64,000 nt of DNA from Candidatus Levyibacteriota bacterium (GTDB lineage Bacteria; Patescibacteriota; Microgenomatia; Levybacterales; UBA12049): NCBI GenBank assembly GCA_049519175.1, contig JBEKQZ010000001.1, forward strand, positions 463,679 to 527,678, written 5' to 3'. The notes under the pieces are model-generated. The model had not been told where the DNA came from, did not search any database, and worked only from the letters and a program-made list of their open reading frames with translations. The translations under genes were made by a program, and so were the position numbers. Shown piece after piece: positions 47,007 to 58,717 of the stretch (positions are counted from its first letter, which is position 1; each line of letters starts with the position of its first letter).

Positions 47007-47636
47007 ATGAAAAGATTATTTTTAACTTCAAGTATTTCCTTTGTTGCGCAAGATATTGCCAAAAGGATTAATCAGCGAAATCTAAAGCTCGCATTCATAA
47101 CAACTCCTGCAGAAGTAGAAGAAGGGAATTTACAGTGGCTAAAAGACGACCGACAATCATTAGTTAACGCTGGTTTTTTGGTAACCGACTATACCATTAC
47201 CGGAAAAGCTAGGGAGGAAATTAAAACAGAGCTAAGTAAATACGATGTTTTATATATGTCGGGGGGAAACACATTCTACCTGTTAGAGAAAATTCAGACA
47301 AGCAATAGCACAGATGTCTTCAAAGACTTGGTAAACAACGGAACAATTTATATCGGAACGAGCGCCGGTTCAATTATTACCGGACCTGATATTTATCCCT
47401 TAAAAGATATGGATAATATTAAAAAGGCCCCAAACATAAAAGGATACGAGGGGCTGGGATTAGTTAATTTTGTCATTTTCCCTCACTGGGGAAACGAACA
47501 TTTTAAAGATAGATATCTAAACCAACGGTTAAAAGATGCCTATAATACCAATAACGAAATCATTCTTCTGCCCGACGGTACATATATATTAGTAGAAAAT
47601 GACTTCTATAAAATAATCAAGGTAAAACAGAAATAA
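47007..47636 (+). CDS. S51 family peptidase (dipeptidase E-like)
   Basis: MSGGNTFYLL and GTSAGSI motifs. The start abuts the gyrB stop. Confidence 0.65.
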   Translation: MKRLFLTSSISFVAQDIAKRINQRNLKLAFITTPAEVEEGNLQWLKDDRQSLVNAGFLVTDYTITGKAREEIKTELSKYDVLYMSGGNTFYLLEKIQTSNSTDVFKDLVNNGTIYIGTSAGSIITGPDIYPLKDMDNIKKAPNIKGYEGLGLVNFVIFPHWGNEHFKDRYLNQRLKDAYNTNNEIILLPDGTYILVENDFYKIIKVKQK

Positions 47637-48214
47637 TGTTTAAAGACCCCATTCTTCAGAAACTTTACAAACAACACGGACCACACCGGTTTGAAGACAG
47701 AAGCGAACGTTTGCTGGAAGAGCTGATTGAAGCAATCATTAACCAACAGCTTTCCGGCAAGGCCGCCGATACTATATATAGTAGGTTTCTAAAGCTATTC
47801 AAAGCTGAACGGTTCCCGACGCCTGAACAGATTTTGAAACTTAGCGTTAAGAAATTAAGAGCTGCCGGTATGAGTTACTCCAAAGCCAACTATATCCAAA
47901 ATATTGCCAGGGCGTTTAAAGACGGCGATTTAGACATTAAGAAAATTCGGCAAATGACAGACGAAGAAGTAATTACCAAACTGACTAAAATTAAAGGAGT
48001 AGGGAAGTGGACCGCGGAAATGATTTTGATTTTTACGCTTAGTCGCGAAGATGTTTTTTCTTTAGGCGACGCCGGACTAAAACGGGCGATAAAAAATTTG
48101 TATGGAATTACCAATGAAAAAGAAATTCTGAAATTGGCCGAAACCTGGAAACCAAAACGCAGTTTCGCCTGTTGGTATTTATGGCAAAGCTTGAATAACA
48201 CTCCAAGAACTTGA
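47636..48214 (+). CDS. HhH-GPD DNA glycosylase (AlkA-like 3-methyladenine glycosylase)
   Basis: The helix-hairpin-helix IKGVGKWTAEMILIF followed by a catalytic Asp (DVFSLGDAG). Confidence 0.65.
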   Translation: MFKDPILQKLYKQHGPHRFEDRSERLLEELIEAIINQQLSGKAADTIYSRFLKLFKAERFPTPEQILKLSVKKLRAAGMSYSKANYIQNIARAFKDGDLDIKKIRQMTDEEVITKLTKIKGVGKWTAEMILIFTLSREDVFSLGDAGLKRAIKNLYGITNEKEILKLAETWKPKRSFACWYLWQSLNNTPRT

Positions 48215-48229
48215 TTATAGAAGCTTATA

Positions 48230-48673
48230 GTGATATTATCCAAGTATATTATGTATCTTCCCGATTCGGAACGGAGATTATTAACGGCGGCAGAGCTTAA
48301 CCAGCGACATGCTTTGGGAAATTGCCTGAATGGATTAGTCAAAGACATTCAAAGAGCAAATCCTAACGTGTTGATTGTAGGAGTAAATACAATCAACGAA
48401 GTTGTAAGCGCACTTTTGCAAACGGAAAACAATTTAGTCTTTCAAATAAACTCTCGTTCCTCAAGCTATACTGCGGACGGACAATTTGTTGCCAGCGTAA
48501 GAAAATTTGACTTGCCAACATTTAGAGCCATCAGGCGTTTGCCGCGCGGCGAAAGACCAGCAGAGGGAAACGAAGAAGCTGGAGAAGTTATTTTAGAAGC
48601 AGGTTTAAGAACCAGGGAAGAGTTACTTGAAGGATTACAAGGAAAAATTCCCACCTCTGTTCACTGGAATTAA
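48230..48673 (+). CDS. hypothetical protein (147 aa)
   Basis: ORF with higher GC and R/E-rich composition. Confidence 0.4.
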   Translation: MILSKYIMYLPDSERRLLTAAELNQRHALGNCLNGLVKDIQRANPNVLIVGVNTINEVVSALLQTENNLVFQINSRSSSYTADGQFVASVRKFDLPTFRAIRRLPRGERPAEGNEEAGEVILEAGLRTREELLEGLQGKIPTSVHWN

Positions 48674-48681
48674 TTCTCCCA

Positions 48682-49191
48682 TTGACAAAAAAACTTGCTA
48701 GAATTATAGTCTTTCTACATATGACGAACGCAGAAGGAAATCGACTATTAGCTCCTTACGAAGACACCACTGCTCTCTATGACCCGGCAAGACGAAAAGC
48801 CGCATATACGGGCATTGCTACAGCATTGAATGGATATATTGAGCAAAGAAGAGCAATGGGACAGGAATTTCAGTCCTGGTCTGCTTGGCAGCAACCGGAA
48901 AATCAGACAGAATGGCACGAAATCCCCAGCGGACTTAACGGGTACGGAGCAGATATTCCTCAACATGAATCAACTGCCGAACAACCAACAGAACCAGCAA
49001 CTGTCGCTGATATGCTATTGGCCCGTTATGAAAAAGATCGATGCGCTAAGCTAGGAGAAGTTAGAACAGATATCCCCATCACCGAACCCGCGGAGCCCGG
49101 CGCCAGTGGAACAAACCCTCAAGAAATTACACCACCAACCGCTAAATCCGACTTGCTTCAGCAGTTAATAGATGACGTTGACCGACGCTAA
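48682..49191 (+). CDS. hypothetical protein (about 155 aa, P/E/T-rich C-terminus)
   Basis: ORF. The likely start is MTNAEG at 48723. Confidence 0.4.
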   Translation: MTKKLARIIVFLHMTNAEGNRLLAPYEDTTALYDPARRKAAYTGIATALNGYIEQRRAMGQEFQSWSAWQQPENQTEWHEIPSGLNGYGADIPQHESTAEQPTEPATVADMLLARYEKDRCAKLGEVRTDIPITEPAEPGASGTNPQEITPPTAKSDLLQQLIDDVDRR

Positions 49192-49255
49192 ATATTTTCC
49201 CCAAAACAGTCTTGAAATAGCGCACCATTTCCCTTATAATACTTAAGTCGTCCTT

Positions 49256-51289
49256 ATGGATTTATCTTTGATTTTTCAGCATAAATTAATCATTTCACTC
49301 CTTGCCGGAGTCATCTCCATCGCCTACGCCATCTTCTTAAGCCTTCGGGTTTTGTCCAACGCCAGAGGAGACGCCAAAATGAATGAAATCTCCGACGCCA
49401 TCGAAGAAGGGGCACTGGCTTACATGAAACGCCAATACACGGTAGTTGCCGCCATCGGAGTTGTAATCGCCATCATTTTGTATTTTATTTTTGGGGTAGT
49501 TACCGCCGCCGGTTTTATTCTTGGCGCGGTTTTTAGCGCCGTTGCCGGAGTGGTTGGAATGTCGATTGCCGTCAGAAGTAATATTCGCACCGCGCAAGCC
49601 GCCAAAAAAGGTTTGGCTCAAGCGTTTGGCTTAGCATTTCAGGGCGGAGCAGTTACGGGACTGATGGTCGCGGGACTGGCTCTAGTGGCCGTTTCCGGAT
49701 TCTATTGGATTTTGGAAAGATTTGCCGGTGGCAATTTACAACCGTTGATTGCTTTGGGTTTTGGCGGATCTTTGATTTCGGTTTTTGCTAGGTTAGGCGG
49801 CGGAATTTTTACTAAATCTGCAGACGTCGGAACCGATATGGTCGGAAAAATCGAAAAAGGCATTCCCGAAGACGACCCCAGGAATCCCGGAGTGATTGCC
49901 GATTTAGTCGGCGACAATGTTGGCGACGACGCCGGAATGGCCGCCGATTTATTTGAAACTTATGTGATTACCGTCGTTGCCGCGATGATTTTAGGTCATT
50001 TAACTTTTCCCGGCAACCCGGCAGTGTTATTTTTCCCAATGCTAATTGGCGCAATCTCGATTGTCGCCTCCATTGTCGGCACTTGGTTTGTCAGACTCAT
50101 CGGCAAAGGCGGCGTGATGAAAGCTTTATATCAAGGACTGATTGCCGCGATGCTGGTTTCAGCAGTAGGATTTTACTTTTTGACTATGGAAATTTTCCCC
50201 CAGGGTTTAGGTAAAATTTCTTCTTTGAATTTATTCTTCACTTCGATTATCGGTTTGGTCGTAACCATCGGACTGGTCGTCATTACCGAATACTTTACCT
50301 CCAAATCTTTTTCGCCGGTTAAAACCATTGCTAACGCATCTACCACCGGCTCGGGCACCAACGTTATTGCCGGTTTGGCGGTTTCAATGAAATCAACCAT
50401 GCCGCCAATTCTTTTGATTGCCGCTGCCATTCTAGTCGGTTTTAATTTGGCCGGACTTTACGGAGTGGCGATTGCCGCAATGTCAATGCTTTCCCTGGCC
50501 GGAATCGTAGTGGCGATTGACGCTTTTGGACCGATCACCGACAACGCCGGCGGAATTGCCGAAATGGCCGGTTTAGATAAAAAAGTGCGGGACATCACCG
50601 ATCCGCTGGATGCCGTCGGCAACACCACTAAAGCCGTCACTAAGGCTTATGCCATCGGTTCAGCCGGACTGGCCGCTTTAGTTTTATTTGCCAGCTACAC
50701 CCAGGAATTAGTGAAGAGTGGACATTTCAACGGCACTTTTTCTTTGTCTGATCCCAGCGTTTTAGTCGGACTATTTATCGGCGCCGCCCTTCCATATCTT
50801 TTTGCTTCTCTTGCCATGGAAGCCGTCGGCAAAACCAGCGTTTCCATTGTTGACGAAGTCAGACGCCAGTTTAAAGAAATCAAAGGACTGATGGAGGGAA
50901 CTGCTAAACCGGAATACGGCAAAGCGGTGGATATTGTTACTAAAGCCGCGATTAAAGAAATGCTTTTACCAACCGCCATTACGGTTTTGGCGCCGATTGT
51001 GGTTGGCTTTGCGTTGGGACCAAAAGCTTTGGGCGGACTTTTGATGGGCAGCATTATTACAGGATTATTCCTGGGAATTTCGATGACGACCGGCGGAGCT
51101 GCTTGGGATAACACTAAAAAATATATTGAAGAAGGAAATTTTGGCGGTAAGGGCAGTTTTGCTCACCAGTCGGCCGTCACCGGCGATACAGTCGGCGACC
51201 CATATAAGGATACGGCCGGCCCGGCAATCAACCCGATGATTAAAGTTTTGAATATCGTCGCATTACTAATCGCCGGCTTTTTGATCTAG
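49256..51289 (+). CDS. hppA: membrane-bound proton/sodium-translocating pyrophosphatase
   Basis: [18 protein letters not shown]...[17 protein letters not shown] (the V-PPase signature) and 15-16 TM. Confidence 0.9.
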   Translation: MDLSLIFQHKLIISLLAGVISIAYAIFLSLRVLSNARGDAKMNEISDAIEEGALAYMKRQYTVVAAIGVVIAIILYFIFGVVTAAGFILGAVFSAVAGVVGMSIAVRSNIRTAQAAKKGLAQAFGLAFQGGAVTGLMVAGLALVAVSGFYWILERFAGGNLQPLIALGFGGSLISVFARLGGGIFTKSADVGTDMVGKIEKGIPEDDPRNPGVIADLVGDNVGDDAGMAADLFETYVITVVAAMILGHLTFPGNPAVLFFPMLIGAISIVASIVGTWFVRLIGKGGVMKALYQGLIAAMLVSAVGFYFLTMEIFPQGLGKISSLNLFFTSIIGLVVTIGLVVITEYFTSKSFSPVKTIANASTTGSGTNVIAGLAVSMKSTMPPILLIAAAILVGFNLAGLYGVAIAAMSMLSLAGIVVAIDAFGPITDNAGGIAEMAGLDKKVRDITDPLDAVGNTTKAVTKAYAIGSAGLAALVLFASYTQELVKSGHFNGTFSLSDPSVLVGLFIGAALPYLFASLAMEAVGKTSVSIVDEVRRQFKEIKGLMEGTAKPEYGKAVDIVTKAAIKEMLLPTAITVLAPIVVGFALGPKALGGLLMGSIITGLFLGISMTTGGAAWDNTKKYIEEGNFGGKGSFAHQSAVTGDTVGDPYKDTAGPAINPMIKVLNIVALLIAGFLI

Positions 51290-51328
51290 AATCTGGAAGG
51301 CCGACCGAAAGACAGGACCCCAAAAAAT

Positions 51329-53812
51329 ATGAGTGATATCGGTAAACTACAAAACACAGAAATAGCTTTCGAAATGAGACGCGCGTATTTGGATTACGCC
51401 ATGTCGGTTATCGTTTCCCGCGCGCTTCCCGATGTTAGGGACGGCTTAAAGCCGGTCCACCGCAGAATTCTTTTCGCCATGCACGAAATGAATTTAACCC
51501 ACAGTGCCAAATATTCAAAGAGTGCCAAAATTGTTGGAGAAGTGATGGGAAAATATCATCCCCACGGCGACGTTCCGATTTACGACTCGCTCGTCCGCCT
51601 GGCGCAGGATTTTTCGATGCGTTATCCATTGATTGACGGACAGGGAAACTTCGGTTCGATGGACGGCGACCCGCCGGCGGCCATGCGTTATACCGAAGCC
51701 CGGATGGCGGCGATTACCGCCGAAATGCTTTTAGACATGGAGAAGGAAACCGTCGATTATTTACCTAACTTTGATTCCACTTTAAAAGAACCGGTCTTTT
51801 TACCCAGCCTTTTACCCAATTTATTGTTGATGGGTTCTGAGGGAATTGCCGTTGGTATGGCCACCAAAATTCCTCCGCATAATTTGGGCGAGGTGATTGA
51901 CGCGGTCGAATACTTAACTAAAAAAGCCAAAATTACGACCGAACCGCGCTTTAGTATTTCTTCCGAAGTCACTATTGATGAACTTTTGGAATTTATCAAA
52001 GGCCCGGATTTTCCGACCGCCGGCGCGATTTACGACTGGACGGAAATTAAAAATGTTTACACCACCGGCCGCGGCCGAATTTTAATTCGTGGCAAAGCCG
52101 ACATCGAAGATATCGGGCAGGGAAAATCCGCCATTATTATTACCGAAATTCCCTATCAGGTCAATAAAGCACTCCTAGTTGCCAGAATCGCGGAGTTGGC
52201 TAAAGAAAAGAAAGTCGAAGGCATTTCCGATTTACGGGATGAGTCAGACCGTCACGGTATCCGGATTGTCGTTGAGCTAAAACGGGATAGCAGTCCCAAA
52301 AAAATTCTGAACAATCTGTTTAAATACACCGCTTTGCAAACCAGTTTTCCGGCCAACATCGTCGCTTTGGTTGATGGCACGCCGCAGACTTTGAATCTTA
52401 AGACAATTCTGGAAGAATTCTTAAAACACCGCTATTTGGTGGTTAAAAGACGCAGCGAATTCGAGTTAAGACAAGCCAAAGCCCGCTTACATATTCTGGA
52501 AGGGCTAAAAATTGCGGTCGAAAACATCGACGCGGTCATCAAAACCATCCGCGCATCGAAAGACCAAGAAGACGCCAAGAAGAACTTGATGGCCGAATTC
52601 AAATTAAGCGATCTTCAGGCAACGGCTATTTTGGACATGCAATTGAGGCGTTTGGCGGCACTGGAGCGGCAAAAAATCGAAGAGGAATACCAGATGGTTG
52701 AAGAAACAATTGAATACCTGGAAGATTTATTGGCGCATCCGGCCAAAATTTTAATTGTCATCGGCGAAGAGCTGACCAAACTTAAAGAAAAATATGCCGA
52801 CCCAAGAAGAACCAAAGTTTACAAAAGCAAAGTCGGAGAGTTCTCCGAAGAAGATTTAATTCCCAATGAACCAACCGTTATCACTTTAACCGACACTGGT
52901 TATATTAAAAGACAAAGTTTGAATAGTTTTCGCACCCAACAGCGGGGCGGCAAAGGCATCATCGGCATGACTACCAAAGACGAAGAGGATATGATTGCCG
53001 ACATTAAATCGCTGGAAACCCACGACAACATTTTGTTTTTTACCAACAAAGGCAAAGTTTACCAGATTAAAGCTTATGAAATAGATGAATCTTCCCGGAC
53101 CAGCAAAGGCACCGCGGTGGTAAATTTATTGAATATCGAATCGGGCGAAAAAGTCGAATCATTTGTCAACTACAAAACTAAAAGCAGTGAAGCCAAATAT
53201 GTTTTTCTGACCACCAAAAAAGGCACGGTCAAAAAAAGCGCTTTGTCGGAGTTTGCCAATATTCGACGAAGCGGTATTTTGGCGATTAAAATGGACAAAG
53301 ACGATGAATTGGTTTGGAGCAAATTAACCAGCGGCAACGACGACATACTGCTCGTGACCCGAAACGGCAAGTCGATCCGCTTCTCGGAAAAATCGGTCCG
53401 CGGCATGGGCAGAAACACGATGGGTGTCAGAGGAATCTTAATTAAAAAAGACGCTAAAGATGACCGGGTAATTCAAATGGATGTCGTCGGCAAAGGTCAA
53501 AAATCCGAAGTCTTAACCATTATGGAAAAAGGGTTAGGTAAACGCACTCCGGTCGAACAATTCCATGTTCAGGGACGCGGTGGACAGGGAGTAAAAGTGG
53601 CGGAAGTGACCGAAAAAACCGGCAAAGTTGTCACTTCGCAAATTATTCCGCAAAACTGCGAAGAAGTAATTATGACTTCGCAAAAGGGGCAGGTTGTTAA
53701 ACTGGAGATAACTTCAATCCCGCGGCTTTCCCGGGCGACCCAAGGCGTAATCCTAATGCGCTTCTCCGACAAAACCGACCACGTCGCTTCTGCCGCCTGC
53801 ATCGAAAAATAA
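51329..53812 (+). CDS. gyrA: DNA gyrase subunit A
   Basis: [28 protein letters not shown] (the QRDR/Tyr region) and a C-terminal beta-pinwheel. Confidence 0.9.
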   Translation: MSDIGKLQNTEIAFEMRRAYLDYAMSVIVSRALPDVRDGLKPVHRRILFAMHEMNLTHSAKYSKSAKIVGEVMGKYHPHGDVPIYDSLVRLAQDFSMRYPLIDGQGNFGSMDGDPPAAMRYTEARMAAITAEMLLDMEKETVDYLPNFDSTLKEPVFLPSLLPNLLLMGSEGIAVGMATKIPPHNLGEVIDAVEYLTKKAKITTEPRFSISSEVTIDELLEFIKGPDFPTAGAIYDWTEIKNVYTTGRGRILIRGKADIEDIGQGKSAIIITEIPYQVNKALLVARIAELAKEKKVEGISDLRDESDRHGIRIVVELKRDSSPKKILNNLFKYTALQTSFPANIVALVDGTPQTLNLKTILEEFLKHRYLVVKRRSEFELRQAKARLHILEGLKIAVENIDAVIKTIRASKDQEDAKKNLMAEFKLSDLQATAILDMQLRRLAALERQKIEEEYQMVEETIEYLEDLLAHPAKILIVIGEELTKLKEKYADPRRTKVYKSKVGEFSEEDLIPNEPTVITLTDTGYIKRQSLNSFRTQQRGGKGIIGMTTKDEEDMIADIKSLETHDNILFFTNKGKVYQIKAYEIDESSRTSKGTAVVNLLNIESGEKVESFVNYKTKSSEAKYVFLTTKKGTVKKSALSEFANIRRSGILAIKMDKDDELVWSKLTSGNDDILLVTRNGKSIRFSEKSVRGMGRNTMGVRGILIKKDAKDDRVIQMDVVGKGQKSEVLTIMEKGLGKRTPVEQFHVQGRGGQGVKVAEVTEKTGKVVTSQIIPQNCEEVIMTSQKGQVVKLEITSIPRLSRATQGVILMRFSDKTDHVASAACIEK

Positions 53813-53837
53813 CCCCCTACAATGCTATAATCTAATC

Positions 53838-54683
53838 ATGCTCATTAACGGAAAACTAATTGCGGCAAATATCCTGAATAAACTAAAAAATAGAGTCCTC
53901 AAATTAAAAGAACAGGGGATTACTCCCACTATGGCGGTAATTTTAATTGGCGACGTCCAGTCTTCCGCCGCTTATGTCCGGCAAAAAGAATTAAAAGCTA
54001 AAGAGATTGGTGCCGAAGTTAAAATTTTTCGTTTCGACGAAACCGTTACCAACGCGGGAATTGAAAATTTGATTAAAAAACTTGACGCTGATCTAAACAT
54101 CCACGGTATTATCCTACAACGGCCGGCACCCAAAAGTCTGCGGATTGAAAAACTGGAAGAGTTGATTACTCCCCAAAAAGAAATCGACGGCTTTGGTAAG
54201 CATACCCTATACACCGTTCCGGTCGCCGCGGCGGTGTTTGAAATCCTGGGTGAAATTTTTGGCAACTTAAATGAAACCGAATCTTTTAGTGATTGGCTGG
54301 CATCTAAAAAAATTGTAGTTCTAGGTAAAGGTGAAACTGCCGGACAGCCAATCATTGATTATTTCCGCGCCAGAGAAATTGAGCCCATTATTATTGATTC
54401 AAAAACTGAAAATAAAAATGCCATGCTTAAAAATGCTGATATTATTGTTTCCGCGGTAGGGAAGAGGGGAATCATTACTTCTTTGGACCTGAAAAATGGC
54501 GTGATTTTGATTGGCATCGGTTTGTCGGCCGATGACGAGGGGAAAACCAAAGGAGATTATAATGATACTGAAGTTGAACAAATTGCTTCGTTTTACACAC
54601 CCACACCGGGCGGCGTCGGACCGGTTAACGTCGCGCTTTTGCTGGAAAACTTAGTCCAAGCTTCGGAGAGTCTTGCCAAATAA
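53838..54683 (+). CDS. folD: bifunctional methylene-THF dehydrogenase/methenyl-THF cyclohydrolase
   Basis: GIILQRPAPKSL, DGFG, and the C-terminal TPTPGGVGPV. TATAAT lies 6 nt before the ATG. Confidence 0.85.
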   Translation: MLINGKLIAANILNKLKNRVLKLKEQGITPTMAVILIGDVQSSAAYVRQKELKAKEIGAEVKIFRFDETVTNAGIENLIKKLDADLNIHGIILQRPAPKSLRIEKLEELITPQKEIDGFGKHTLYTVPVAAAVFEILGEIFGNLNETESFSDWLASKKIVVLGKGETAGQPIIDYFRAREIEPIIIDSKTENKNAMLKNADIIVSAVGKRGIITSLDLKNGVILIGIGLSADDEGKTKGDYNDTEVEQIASFYTPTPGGVGPVNVALLLENLVQASESLAK

Positions 54684-55764
54684 GATAAACATCCAAAATC
54701 CACAACAGAATCGCACCGTACAAAACGTGTGACTGCAAAAGAACCGGGACTGCGTGCGGATTTGCCAAATTCAACGAAACTAAAATATAGGAAATAAATA
54801 AAATGAGCAAGAACTTTAGGTTATTTTTTATTTTTTGAATATAAAACAAAGTTACTAAAAACGGAAAAATTAAGAACACGAAATGGTGCTGCCAGGAAAA
54901 ATTATTGACGATTAAATTAAGCGTTATTAGTAAGCCAAAACTCATATTTAGCAATGTTTTGTTTTTGCGCGATTTAAATATCGCCAAACAGGAAACCAAA
55001 ATAAAAAATAGCGAAAGTAAAATAACCAATAATTGACTAAAAAAATTGTGGGGGAAACTACGGCCGACAAAACCGGTTAAAGCTTGATTATAATAAGCGG
55101 TTTTCCAACCGGTTAGAAGAGTTATTAAAAAATGCTGGTAAAAATATAGGTTTACTTTTGTACCGATAAGAATAAAAGCAAAACCTGATAATAAGGCTAA
55201 GGAAATGATGAAGGCGAACAAAAACTTCCACTTTTTCATCACGATAAATTGCAGAATTAAAAACGCCGGAAAAAGTTTAACCGCAAAGGAAAGTGAAAGC
55301 AAAAATGCTGAAAGATAATTCTTCTTGTTAAAGAAGTAAATCGCCGCGACAAATATCAGCAGAATAAAATTGTTGATTTGTCCCATCCCCAAAGTAAATT
55401 TAACCGGAAAAGACCAACAGACTAAACCAAGAATTAGAAAACCTAAGGTTGAAATAATTCGGCTTTTGTAAAGTTTAAAAATTAAATAAACCGACGCAAA
55501 CAGCGACACCAAAGATAGCATTGTCCAAACTTTTTCAATTAAAACAAAGGGTAAAGAATTTAGTGTCCGGAAAATTACCAGCGCCAGTGGGGGATAAATT
55601 ACGCCATCAAGGTATGGGTTAACCGCTTTGACGCCAAAATAATATTGTCCCAAATCCGGATAAAAATTTAAGAACAAACTTTTGCCAAGAATTAAAAAAG
55701 CCACCAGGAAAAAAATGAGTGAAGCTATTTTGACGGCTTTTGCCATAACACGAATATAATACAA
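54625..55764 (-). CDS. polytopic membrane protein, possible GT-C type glycosyl/mannosyltransferase (DUF2029-like)
   Basis: A 379-aa ORF with at least 10 TM, Tyr/Phe-rich. Its 3' end overlaps folD by 59 nt (convergent). Confidence 0.35.
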   Translation of the reverse strand: MYYIRVMAKAVKIASLIFFLVAFLILGKSLFLNFYPDLGQYYFGVKAVNPYLDGVIYPPLALVIFRTLNSLPFVLIEKVWTMLSLVSLFASVYLIFKLYKSRIISTLGFLILGLVCWSFPVKFTLGMGQINNFILLIFVAAIYFFNKKNYLSAFLLSLSFAVKLFPAFLILQFIVMKKWKFLFAFIISLALLSGFAFILIGTKVNLYFYQHFLITLLTGWKTAYYNQALTGFVGRSFPHNFFSQLLVILLSLFFILVSCLAIFKSRKNKTLLNMSFGLLITLNLIVNNFSWQHHFVFLIFPFLVTLFYIQKIKNNLKFLLILFISYILVSLNLANPHAVPVLLQSHVLYGAILLWILDVYLIWQDSPKLGLSFPAKARR

Positions 55765-55806
55765 AACGTATTGACAGTAAATGGTTAAAAGCCTTACTAT
55801 GGTTAT

Positions 55807-56577
55807 ATGAAGGAAAGTTTAGTCGGCGCGATTATCGTTTTTTTTATCGCGTTGTTTGTTTATACGAAACTGGCTGGGCCGATTCCGTTTTTTATTAATA
55901 GCGTCAACACTACTAAAACAGATTTATTTTCCAGTAGTGGCGAGGGAAAAGTGATGGCCATTCCGGACGAGGCGACTGTCGATGCCGGAGTTACCGCTCA
56001 AAGCACCACCGTAACGGATGCTAAAAATAAAGTTAACCAAGCTGCCAACAAAATTATTGCCGACCTAAAAAAATTGGGGATTGCCGACAAAAATATTCAG
56101 ACGACGGATTATTCCGTTAGTCCAAACTATGCGAACGAACAAAGTGGAGTGATGCTGCCGATGTTACCCTCAAATGGACAACAAAGCATTATCGGCTACA
56201 CTGTAACGCAAAATTTGGAGGTCCAAGTCCAACCAATTGATAAAATTAATCAGGTTGTCGATTTGGCCACCAAAGATGGCGCAAATCTAGTCGGCGGAGT
56301 CAACTTTACCTTTAGCGATCAGCTTAGTAAATCGCTAGAACAACAGGCGACCCAGCAAGCAGTCGACAATGCCAAAGCTAAAGCGCAAGGCTTAGCCAAG
56401 GCTGCCGGCATTAATTTGGGAAAAATTGTTAACGTCGTTGAAAATTCCAACCAACCACAACCGTTAATGATGACCGCCAACACTGCCGCCAAAACCGACC
56501 AATCGGTTCCAACCAACATTACTCCGGGAGAGAATTCTTTAATTGTCGACGTCGTCCTTTACTACGAAACTTACTAG
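55807..56577 (+). CDS. SIMPL/DUF541 (BP26-like) periplasmic protein
   Basis: N-terminal TM, and QTTDYSVSPNY...GYTVTQNLEVQV typical of SIMPL. Confidence 0.6.
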   Translation: MKESLVGAIIVFFIALFVYTKLAGPIPFFINSVNTTKTDLFSSSGEGKVMAIPDEATVDAGVTAQSTTVTDAKNKVNQAANKIIADLKKLGIADKNIQTTDYSVSPNYANEQSGVMLPMLPSNGQQSIIGYTVTQNLEVQVQPIDKINQVVDLATKDGANLVGGVNFTFSDQLSKSLEQQATQQAVDNAKAKAQGLAKAAGINLGKIVNVVENSNQPQPLMMTANTAAKTDQSVPTNITPGENSLIVDVVLYYETY

Positions 56578-57513
56578 TTATTTATTTCCGCTGTGGAAGT
56601 GTCTATGCACATCATGCAGTTGCCGGTTGGTGATATGGGTGTAAATTTGGGTTGTGGCGATATTTTTGTGTCCCAGCATTTCCTGAACAGAACGGATGTC
56701 AGCACCATTAGTTAAAAGGTCCGTCGCAAAAGAATGCCGTAACGTATGGACTGTTGCATCAACGGGAATTCTCGCTTTCCGAACATATTTTTTAACTATT
56801 CTTTCGATACTCCTAGCAGTGAGGCGCATTTTTTCTCCGCCGTTTTCTTCCATTACTTTTCCGGAATAGCGGATAAATAACGGCTTAAAAACATCTTCGC
56901 GTTTGTCCATATACATTTTTATCCAAGTAGCCGCCCGGTCGGAAACAAACACCAATCTCACTTTTCTACCTTTGCCGACAACCCCAAACTCACGTCTTTC
57001 AATATTCACTTGTTCATGATTTAGACTTACCAATTCCGAGACACGCAAACCGGTGGAGAAGAGCAGTTCTAAAATTGCCCGATCCCTAATTCCTTCTTCG
57101 GTTGAGGTGTCAACGCTGGTTACTAGTCTATCGACTTGTTCTTTTTCCAAAAATTTTAAGCTTCTGGATTCGGTTCTAGGCAAATCAATTTTTGACGGTT
57201 CCAACGTTTTGTAATCATTTTTGACTAGAAAGCGCAAGAACGAGCGAAGCGCAATTACATAATAATTTTGGGTAACCCGACTTAGAGTTAGACCTTTGGA
57301 ATCTGCGCGATTAGCTAAGAATACCCGGTATTTTCGAATCGTTGCCAAATCTAAATTTCCTAATCTCTTTTCCGGTTGAGTAGTGTCAAACCACTCATTA
57401 AAAACGTCAAGATAATGCCGGTAGTCACGGACCGTAAGCTTTGAACAATTTTTTTCAATCTCTAAATATTCGAGAAACTGATTAATTAATTCGGATAGCG
57501 CAGCATTCTCCAT
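56578..57513 (-). CDS. xerC: tyrosine site-specific recombinase XerC/XerD
   Basis: The R...HxxR...Y catalytic residues (RHSFATDLL, GHKNIATTQIYTH). Confidence 0.85.
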   Translation of the reverse strand: MENAALSELINQFLEYLEIEKNCSKLTVRDYRHYLDVFNEWFDTTQPEKRLGNLDLATIRKYRVFLANRADSKGLTLSRVTQNYYVIALRSFLRFLVKNDYKTLEPSKIDLPRTESRSLKFLEKEQVDRLVTSVDTSTEEGIRDRAILELLFSTGLRVSELVSLNHEQVNIERREFGVVGKGRKVRLVFVSDRAATWIKMYMDKREDVFKPLFIRYSGKVMEENGGEKMRLTARSIERIVKKYVRKARIPVDATVHTLRHSFATDLLTNGADIRSVQEMLGHKNIATTQIYTHITNRQLHDVHRHFHSGNK

Positions 57514-57618
57514 AATTTATTTTGCGACACGGCCAATTACATTATGCGACGCTAAATAGCCCTTTGTCAACCTTGACAGACTATATTTTTTCCTGTAGTC
57601 TAAATTTAGAATTATCTT

Positions 57619-58215
57619 ATGGGAGATTTTGAACCAAAAGCACCATTGCCAAATCCCATCCCAATGCAGGCTGGTCCAGACAGACGTGATCAGGCTCATT
57701 ACGTAAGCCAAGGACATAGACTTGATTCATTAAGAAAACTGGCTGGAGGATTTACAAGAAAATTCTTTGGAATATCCGAAAGCGGACAAAGCGGTGAGAA
57801 ACAAGTAATCCTTGGTCAAATTACGGAAATAAATATGGCGAAAATATTGACTGGATTATCGGATAAAAGGCATACGGCAATGCAAACGAAACCATTTACG
57901 AGAAGTCAAGCTTTCGCAAGCTTAGGCTATCCCAGTGCTACAACGGATCGTCCCTACGAATATGCGGCGATGCTTTATGGGCTGCGTGAGTTAAAGCGTG
58001 AAGGCGTAATTGACGAACAACCGAACCCAGATGTTGAAGGAACTTTTTGGTTTAAAGTTATAAATCCGGCAGGGCTTATGGAAGTTGCCAACAAAGATCC
58101 CCAAAATGATAAAAGCTTATCCCGGGAACTTGCCTTAATGCCAGGAGGAGAACAAGAAAGAAACGCGTTTGTTAACGATTATTTACAAGAAAATGAAGTT
58201 CAATTGGCTGCATAA
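57619..58215 (+). CDS. hypothetical protein (198 aa)
   Basis: ORF with higher GC. Confidence 0.4.
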   Translation: MGDFEPKAPLPNPIPMQAGPDRRDQAHYVSQGHRLDSLRKLAGGFTRKFFGISESGQSGEKQVILGQITEINMAKILTGLSDKRHTAMQTKPFTRSQAFASLGYPSATTDRPYEYAAMLYGLRELKREGVIDEQPNPDVEGTFWFKVINPAGLMEVANKDPQNDKSLSRELALMPGGEQERNAFVNDYLQENEVQLAA

Positions 58216-58231
58216 AACTTACTTCCAAAAG

Positions 58232-58259
58232 TTGACAAAATCCCCAGCTTTGCTATAAT
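58232..58259 (+). promoter_or_regulatory. consensus promoter TTGACA-N16-TATAAT
   Basis: TTGACA at 58232-58237 and TATAAT at 58254-58259. The ATG of the downstream ORF lies 9 nt after the -10. Confidence 0.5.
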
Positions 58260-58268
58260 CCCTAAGCT

Positions 58269-58562
58269 ATGACAGAAGAAAAAAGAACTAGCCAAACATT
58301 TGTTCACGAAGTAAAATCTATTTGGCCTTGGCACGGAAAAGCTCCTGAACCAGAAACAATTACAGCCGGCGAAGAACCCCAAACAGTTCTTACACGCCAT
58401 AACCTTCGCAACACTGAAGAAGTTCAAGTTGGTCCTGACGGCTTAAGCTTAACACGCATTAGAGAAGATGGCAGAGTTATAGATAGAAGATATCGAAGAA
58501 GCGCAAGGATGTTTTACGTTGAAAACGGACGTCTTCTGGTTGAAACCGTCAGACCTGCTTAA
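58269..58562 (+). CDS. hypothetical small protein (97 aa)
   Basis: ORF immediately behind the consensus promoter. Confidence 0.4.
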   Translation: MTEEKRTSQTFVHEVKSIWPWHGKAPEPETITAGEEPQTVLTRHNLRNTEEVQVGPDGLSLTRIREDGRVIDRRYRRSARMFYVENGRLLVETVRPA

Positions 58563-58604
58563 ATTCCTCTTTACACTCAAGATTATTTCCCTTAATATTA
58601 AGCT

Positions 58605-58712
58605 ATGGCAAAATCTAAAAAAAGCGGGTGTGATTGCCCATGCCACGGGATGTTCGGCGGAAAGCTGAAATGCCCAAAGTGCTGGTTTTTCTGCGGTAAT
58701 AAAAAGAAATAA
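58605..58712 (+). CDS. 35-aa Cys-rich peptide (MAKSKKSGCDCPCHGMFGGKLKCPKCWFFCGNKKK)
   Basis: Found by hand translation. TAATAT lies 5 nt upstream. It has seven Cys and one His in a CxCxCH...CxxC...C spacing. Confidence 0.35.
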   Translation: MAKSKKSGCDCPCHGMFGGKLKCPKCWFFCGNKKK

Positions 58713-58717
58713 CGGAT

